From IMG/VR virus record IMGVR_UViG_3300009466_000202, positions 1 through 61,842 of that record: DNA of 61,842 bases; one strand, given 5' to 3'. Origin of the DNA: a virus (lineage: Duplodnaviria > Caudoviricetes). Positions within the stretch are counted from its first letter, which is position 1. Each line of letters starts with the position of its first letter. A model generated the notes under the pieces. The model did no database searches and was not told where the DNA came from. It worked only from the letters and a program-made list of their open reading frames with translations. Positions 57,060 through 61,842 of this stretch are shown piece by piece. The translations under genes and the position numbers were made by a program.

Positions 57060-58364
57060 TTAATTACCAAAATTGATTAGATAAAATTGCATGGAGGACC
57101 ATATAATGGTATCTCCCAATAACCATATGAACACAAAAGGCAACGAATTTATTTTAAAATGTCTAAAGATAAATCCCACGCATACATAAAAAACAAGTAA
57201 ACCAATATAATTTAAAATTGTAGTTTCTTGAATATAAATGTCCAACGAAATCATCAACACAATCATGATCAACAATAAAAATTTTAATTTGTACTGTGCT
57301 ATTCTCACCACTTTTACATACAAATTTATAAATCTTATACTGAGAAAGTAATAAAAAAGTACCGATAACATAGACAATAATACCACGCTTTCAAAAACAC
57401 TCAAATGTCCAATTATGTTGCTGTTACTCATGCCAAATGTCACTATGTTTATCAACTGAAGGTCCATTATGTTTGACACAATAATACTACTGGGAGTGAA
57501 AGGTAAACCCAATAAGAAGAATGGCAACAGCATCATGATCACGCCGGGATTGTTGGCCGTTTCGGCCGCTATAATTTTATCACTAACACTGGATCTAGTT
57601 GTATGATAGGCAGTGGCCGCGGATAGTTCGGCCGCCGACCCCGGCAACAAACTGATAATACATCCAAGCAATGAATTTTTTGCTATCAATTTTTTTGGTA
57701 GAGTTCCTGGGACAGGATTAAAAACCTCTGTTCCTTTATCAAGATAAGTTGTTTTATAGGATAACACATCTGGAATTACGATCATGGAAAGTATTAACAT
57801 GAAAAATGTGGTATTTTGAAAAATTAACGAGGCTCCATACCAAAAATTTGGTAATGCATAATTACTATCTGGTGCAATAAAAAGTGCCAAAGAACCAATA
57901 ATTGCAGAAATAATTTTATTAGAACTAGAAAAAATCATGAATAATATCACGATGTATAACAATAGCAATCTAACTCCCACCCCACTTAAAAAATTATAAT
58001 TATAGTTGGTATAGATATGATACATTACAAAAACCAAACAAAGAGCAAGAAAAGCACTGATTAGACTACCTCGACTTGTGTACCATAACAATTGATTTCT
58101 TTGATCCATGGTTAATTTTTTTATGTCATTGACATAAATCAAACTACTGGCGTCTCCAGGAATTCCGAGAGTGATTGTGGAAACACTGCAAAAAAATTGT
58201 GATCCTATACTGCTGACCGCCCAAAATAACAAAATTTGTTCGGGTGTTAAGAAACTTGCCGTAACATATAAAAGAAATGCTCCTAGATAGATAGGAAATA
58301 CCGGAAATAATCCTATGGCTATACCGGTCAATAATCCTAGAGCAAAAATAATTATAACTTCCAT
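57060..58364 (-). CDS. TctA-like tripartite tricarboxylate transporter permease
   Basis: Many transmembrane segments; TITLGIPGDASS, LLPG, AAETANN and LLGLP; start refined to MEVIII. Confidence 0.75.
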   Translation of the reverse strand: MEVIIIFALGLLTGIAIGLFPVFPIYLGAFLLYVTASFLTPEQILLFWAVSSIGSQFFCSVSTITLGIPGDASSLIYVNDIKKLTMDQRNQLLWYTSRGSLISAFLALCLVFVMYHIYTNYNYNFLSGVGVRLLLLYIVILFMIFSSSNKIISAIIGSLALFIAPDSNYALPNFWYGASLIFQNTTFFMLILSMIVIPDVLSYKTTYLDKGTEVFNPVPGTLPKKLIAKNSLLGCIISLLPGSAAELSAATAYHTTRSSVSDKIIAAETANNPGVIMMLLPFFLLGLPFTPSSIIVSNIMDLQLINIVTFGMSNSNIIGHLSVFESVVLLSMLSVLFYYFLSIRFINLYVKVVRIAQYKLKFLLLIMIVLMISLDIYIQETTILNYIGLLVFYVCVGFIFRHFKINSLPFVFIWLLGDTIIWSSMQFYLINFGN

Positions 58365-58365
58365 C

Positions 58366-58644
58366 TCAGCCTTTGTAATCCTCAAACATATCTAGTAATA
58401 TTTCCATGCAATAAGGTATGTCCTTCCATTGGTGTCCTTTAAAATTATAATCATAAATGAACGGATGCTGTCCGTTTCTGATATTAAATTTTTTTGATAA
58501 CACCAACCCGTTGCTAGTTTCCTTTCTTTTGTTTTCAAAGTACTCTTTGTCCTTGGTATACTCGTATATGTATTTTTTAATTTCTTGTTTATGAGTTTTT
58601 TTGAAATCCTTGGTAATAAATTTTAGATTATTTTTTTGACTCGT
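58366..58644 (-). other. Uninterrupted 92-codon frame with no canonical start at its 5' end
   Basis: Reads (T)SQKNNLKFITKDFKK...MFEDYKG; fills the gap between 58628 and the TctA-like start. Confidence 0.4.
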
Positions 58645-59266
58645 TTTTAGCGTCTTGTTGAGCCAGTTTTTGCTGAACGAATTTAAAAAGTTTTACCGCA
58701 AAATCTTTATCGTCTTGCTCTTCCGGAGTATGGGCAGGTTTTTGTTGTATCTGCTTTTCTATCTGCACCATTTTTAAATTTAGGTATTTCATTAGATCCT
58801 GTTGGAATGTTTTGTCGATATCGGCAACATCTTCCATGGTAGACAACAAATCATAATAGTCCAGTTTCTCGTTTAGATGGTCCAGGGCAATTTCCATAGC
58901 GGTGTTAAAATCCTTTGTGTGTTCTGCTTCTATCTTGATGCCATCTCTCAATTTTTCAATGATTGTCTTGACGCTGACTCCGTACTTGTTTGCCAGTTCC
59001 GGAACAGTTGGGGTCGGCACATCCAGTACTTTTTCTTCTATGCTGTTGGGATTGGGATTCGCAGGCCCCGGTCGTTGGTCCATATCCGTGTCTTCTCCCA
59101 TCATATGTACTGGCTCTTTTATAAATTCTTTTGTTCTTTGCAGTCCTCGAGATCCAGCACTTCTGGGAGATTTTTCTTGTATTGCCGAGTCAATGTGACC
59201 CTGTTGTTTCATTTTAGAAACATCGTCCAGATATTGCTTATAGGAAAATATTGGTATATGGCTCAT
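58628..59266 (-). CDS. Hypothetical protein with DUF5661-like domain
   Basis: GIKIEAEHT...AMEIALDHL.E..DYY..L; AATAAATA late-like motif at 59273-59280. Confidence 0.65.
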   Translation of the reverse strand: MSHIPIFSYKQYLDDVSKMKQQGHIDSAIQEKSPRSAGSRGLQRTKEFIKEPVHMMGEDTDMDQRPGPANPNPNSIEEKVLDVPTPTVPELANKYGVSVKTIIEKLRDGIKIEAEHTKDFNTAMEIALDHLNEKLDYYDLLSTMEDVADIDKTFQQDLMKYLNLKMVQIEKQIQQKPAHTPEEQDDKDFAVKLFKFVQQKLAQQDAKNESKK

Positions 59267-59340
59267 GTCCAGTATTTATTTAAAATAATTCGTAATCAAC
59301 GAGAATATCTAGCATGGTAATGCTACATTCATCCAAATAC

Positions 59341-59369
59341 TTGCTAACCTTATTTTTTTATTGTATAAT
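59341..59369 (+). promoter_or_regulatory. Sigma70-like promoter TTGCTA-17-TATAAT (leaderless)
   Basis: ATG 59378 lies 8 nt downstream; no RBS. Confidence 0.55.
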
Positions 59370-59377
59370 TATTTATT

Positions 59378-60064
59378 ATGTTTTATTTGTTGTATAATAA
59401 CAAAGATAATAGTTTTTATTCTTTATCTCGAAATTTAAAGACTATCAAGGTTTTACAATACTGGTTGGCAAAGCATCATGTTGTTTTTTCTACGGTAAAA
59501 CTTGACAGCGATGAATTGATAAATGAAAAAAATTATCATCTTTTCAAATTTGATGATCTTTTGCCGGGGAATTTACAATGGGATATTGACAATATTGTGT
59601 CCTTGTCTTTTTTAAAAACAGCAGACATAGTCAGAAAAACAAATGATGAAAAATTGGACAAAGATCTACTTTTAAAAATCAATATAATTACAAAATTTTT
59701 AGATAATTTTGTAAACTTTATCAATGTGGTCCGAGACAGGAGCATGAAAAATAACGAGCATTTTATCAAAAGTTTAGAGATATACAGAGATCTTTTAAAA
59801 TTAGATATAGGAAAAGATTCTAACATTGACAAAATTTTTAATGACGACATCGATAAAGAAAAAACTTTAATTATTATACTTGATAATATACTCAAAATTG
59901 TGATAAAAAAGATATTAGATATCGATTATAGAAACATAAATCCGACAGAATTAAAATGTATGTTCAACGATATAGATGCTTTTTTTAATTATAGATCGAT
60001 GGAACACATAGTTTATAGCAAATTTTTTAGAAATTTTTATAATGAACACAGAAAACAAATTTAA
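59378..60064 (+). CDS. Hypothetical protein (very AT-rich)
   Basis: 228-aa ORF oriented opposite to its neighbours. Confidence 0.6.
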   Translation: MFYLLYNNKDNSFYSLSRNLKTIKVLQYWLAKHHVVFSTVKLDSDELINEKNYHLFKFDDLLPGNLQWDIDNIVSLSFLKTADIVRKTNDEKLDKDLLLKINIITKFLDNFVNFINVVRDRSMKNNEHFIKSLEIYRDLLKLDIGKDSNIDKIFNDDIDKEKTLIIILDNILKIVIKKILDIDYRNINPTELKCMFNDIDAFFNYRSMEHIVYSKFFRNFYNEHRKQI

Positions 60065-61199
60065 AAATAGTGCCGTCATGAACGGTAGAGGAATATTATA
60101 TCTAATCGAAAATAACATCATCAGACCTGCGGCTCATATTCCATATTATTTCTTTTTGACAAGGTTAATCGTGGGGGGTGTGGATTTTCGTTCTAGAACA
60201 AAATTTCGTTCTAGAACAAAAGATTCGGATTTTTTTATAGGATTACCGGTTCATAAAATCAATCAGGGATTACACATAAACAAAACGTTCGATGCAAAAT
60301 TAAAAGATATAATGGATGAAAGAGCCCTGGGTTTAATAAAACAAGCAAAAGAACAAAATAAGAAAATCTATGTTAGTTGGAGTGGGGGTATCGACTCGAC
60401 AGCAGTACTAACAAGTTTATTAAAAAATAGTGATGAAACGTTCAAAGAAAATATAGAGGTGGTACTATCGTCGCATTCTATTTTAGAAAATATAGAATTT
60501 TATAAAAATCATATTTCCAATAAACTAACTTGTCATAGTTATAATTCTTTCTTTATCGACGAACATTTTTTAAAAAATAATATTTTTCTTTGTGGGGATT
60601 TGGCCGATTCGATATTTAATTCTTTTCCGTTCGAACGTACACTAGGGGAAGATTATTCCTCATTAACGGACAAAAAAAGCATCGTGGATATAATAAACAC
60701 GAAATCAAACAAAAATTATGGTATTTCCGATATGGGAGAATGGTTTTTTGATCTTTTAGAAAAAAACATCAGCGAATCGAACACAAGTTTTGATTTGAAA
60801 ACATTTAACGAGTATTGCTGGTGGATTAATTTGAATTTGAAATGGAACTTCGAATCTCAAAGATATCTTTTTTTCTTGAAAAGACGACCTTGGCAAACAC
60901 CTTTGGATTTAGATGTTGTTTCAAATTATATAAAAGATGTATTTTTTAATACGAAAGAATTTCAGAATTGGAGTTATATAAATTTGAAAAATAAAAACAA
61001 TCAAAAAGACGAATTAAAAAACTATATTTTCGATTTTGATAAAAATTTTATATATAGAAATTACAAATCGAAAGAAAGGGGATCTCCCCCCAATTTTAAA
61101 TTTAGAATTTATGAACATACTCCATTTCTTTTAGGAGATGATTACTGCGAAATATTTTCATCAAACAAAGAAATAGGCGATTTCTTATCAACTTTTTAA
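60042..61199 (+). CDS. PP-loop adenine nucleotide alpha-hydrolase (asparagine synthetase-like)
   Basis: YVSWSGGIDST, LCGDLADSIF and FFNTKEFQNWS. Confidence 0.7.
   Translation: MNTENKFKNSAVMNGRGILYLIENNIIRPAAHIPYYFFLTRLIVGGVDFRSRTKFRSRTKDSDFFIGLPVHKINQGLHINKTFDAKLKDIMDERALGLIKQAKEQNKKIYVSWSGGIDSTAVLTSLLKNSDETFKENIEVVLSSHSILENIEFYKNHISNKLTCHSYNSFFIDEHFLKNNIFLCGDLADSIFNSFPFERTLGEDYSSLTDKKSIVDIINTKSNKNYGISDMGEWFFDLLEKNISESNTSFDLKTFNEYCWWINLNLKWNFESQRYLFFLKRRPWQTPLDLDVVSNYIKDVFFNTKEFQNWSYINLKNKNNQKDELKNYIFDFDKNFIYRNYKSKERGSPPNFKFRIYEHTPFLLGDDYCEIFSSNKEIGDFLSTF
60186..60221 (+). repeat. Exact 18-bp tandem duplication (TTTCGTTCTAGAACAAAA x2)
   Basis: Read directly; encodes FRSRTK twice, in frame. 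Confidence 0.9.
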
Positions 61200-61218
61200 A
61201 ATTTTAACTTGTATAGAT

Positions 61219-61653
61219 TTATTTGTATTGTTCTTTAGGAAATGCCCGCTTGTGGTCGAACTCGTAGAGTTCTATTCCGAATAGGCTCTGTCCGTCTTGT
61301 TCTCGTATCCTAATATCTCGACCCTCTTTCATGGCACTGCCCATACTGTTTAATTCGTCTTCCAGTTTTTTGCTGTAAGGCACCACGTGTAGACGAGGAC
61401 CGTCTTCGTCCATGACCAATAGATATATTTGAGGTTTGGCTATCTTGGAATACAGTAATTTTGAATCTGTTGGTATTTCTTTAGAGGCATACCCTCGGAT
61501 CTTGTCATACAACAGGAATCCAAATCCCGCACTGAACAGCATCCACGGAGCCAATAATAATATCAACCATACTCGTGCCTCCATCCTGTAGAGAGCATAG
61601 ATGGCGATCAATGCTGTCATTATGATGCCTATGGCTACCACTGTCTCTATCAT
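61219..61653 (-). CDS. Membrane protein (hypothetical)
   Basis: Two N-terminal transmembrane segments and a soluble C-terminus. Confidence 0.65.
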   Translation of the reverse strand: MIETVVAIGIIMTALIAIYALYRMEARVWLILLLAPWMLFSAGFGFLLYDKIRGYASKEIPTDSKLLYSKIAKPQIYLLVMDEDGPRLHVVPYSKKLEDELNSMGSAMKEGRDIRIREQDGQSLFGIELYEFDHKRAFPKEQYK

Positions 61654-61841
61654 CCTGGATTCCTTGGGTTGGGTGGTGGTGCGTACATATTACTGGTCTT
61701 GTGAGTCATACCCACCGCGCTCTCGTTGCTGTTGTTTATGGTAGTGACCACTCCTTGCTCATTCACTGTGAATCTCACATAGTTGACTATTTGTCCTTCC
61801 GCAGTGAAATATTTTGTTCCCTCGTAGATGATGCTGTAGGG
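61650..61841 (-). CDS. 3' end of a hypothetical protein cut by the window edge
   Basis: Open frame PYSIIYEGTKYF...RFTVNEQG...PRNPG* with an ATGA overlap into 61653. Confidence 0.55.
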   Translation of the reverse strand, partial: PYSIIYEGTKYFTAEGQIVNYVRFTVNEQGVVTTINNSNESAVGMTHKTSNMYAPPPNPRNPG

Positions 61842-61842
61842 A

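Noticed and set aside
528-59895. Numerous short ORFs antisense to, or out of frame within, long genes (e.g. 528-935, 11831-12283, 50505-50948, 58877-59320)
   Set aside because: They are shadows of well-supported genes, with no RBS, motifs or operon fit. The Pro-rich 11831-12283 ORF is simply the reverse of Gly codons.
60042-61199. Calling the SGGIDS protein QueC
   Set aside because: It is longer than QueC, lacks the C-terminal zinc-binding Cys motif, has an AsnB-like GDxAD motif and lies outside the dpd cluster.
1-61842. tRNA, rRNA, CRISPR arrays, integrase/transposase or a diversity-generating retroelement
   Set aside because: None recognised by eye: intergenic gaps are very short, and no reverse transcriptase, recombinase or TR/VR pair is seen. 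A tRNAscan/Infernal run would be needed to exclude small RNAs.
1-61842. Stop-codon reassignment (alternative genetic code)
   Set aside because: Genes tile densely and intact under the standard code, and TAA, TGA and TAG all occur as apparent true stops.

Overview
This window is an internal fragment of a large, AT-rich, T4-like (myovirus-type) dsDNA phage genome read with the standard genetic code. It has two convergent arms that meet at about 34,603. The + arm (1-34,604) holds a virion tail/baseplate/fibre module: a giant partial structural protein, three paralogous fibre-like proteins, a Gly-rich protein ending in a Hint domain, and a fibre ending in a Peptidase_G2-like autocleavage domain. 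It continues into a ~16.7 kb glycan/tailoring cluster with four glycosyltransferase-like genes, five radical SAM enzymes with N-terminal SPASM/Twitch-like domains, two SGNH-like proteins, an FkbM methyltransferase, a carbamoyltransferase, a cupin, an NDP-sugar epimerase and a DegT aminotransferase. The - arm (34,601-59,266) holds replication/early genes: family B DNA polymerase, sliding clamp, DsbA-like protein, RNase H-like exonuclease and a MoxR/vWA pair. It also carries a TctA/TctC-like transporter pair and a 7-deazaguanine DNA-modification cluster (DpdA/TGT-like, DpdL-like T-fold protein, FolE, QueE) with no QueC or canonical QueD in the window. A GT-B glycosyltransferase, GalE, GMP reductase and a purine phosphoribosyltransferase are embedded in that cluster. 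The best candidate new systems are (1) a glycosylated 7-deazaguanine DNA hypermodification pathway and (2) a multi-radical-SAM glycan biosynthesis cluster downstream of the virion genes. All family assignments come from motif recognition and recollection; no database search was run.
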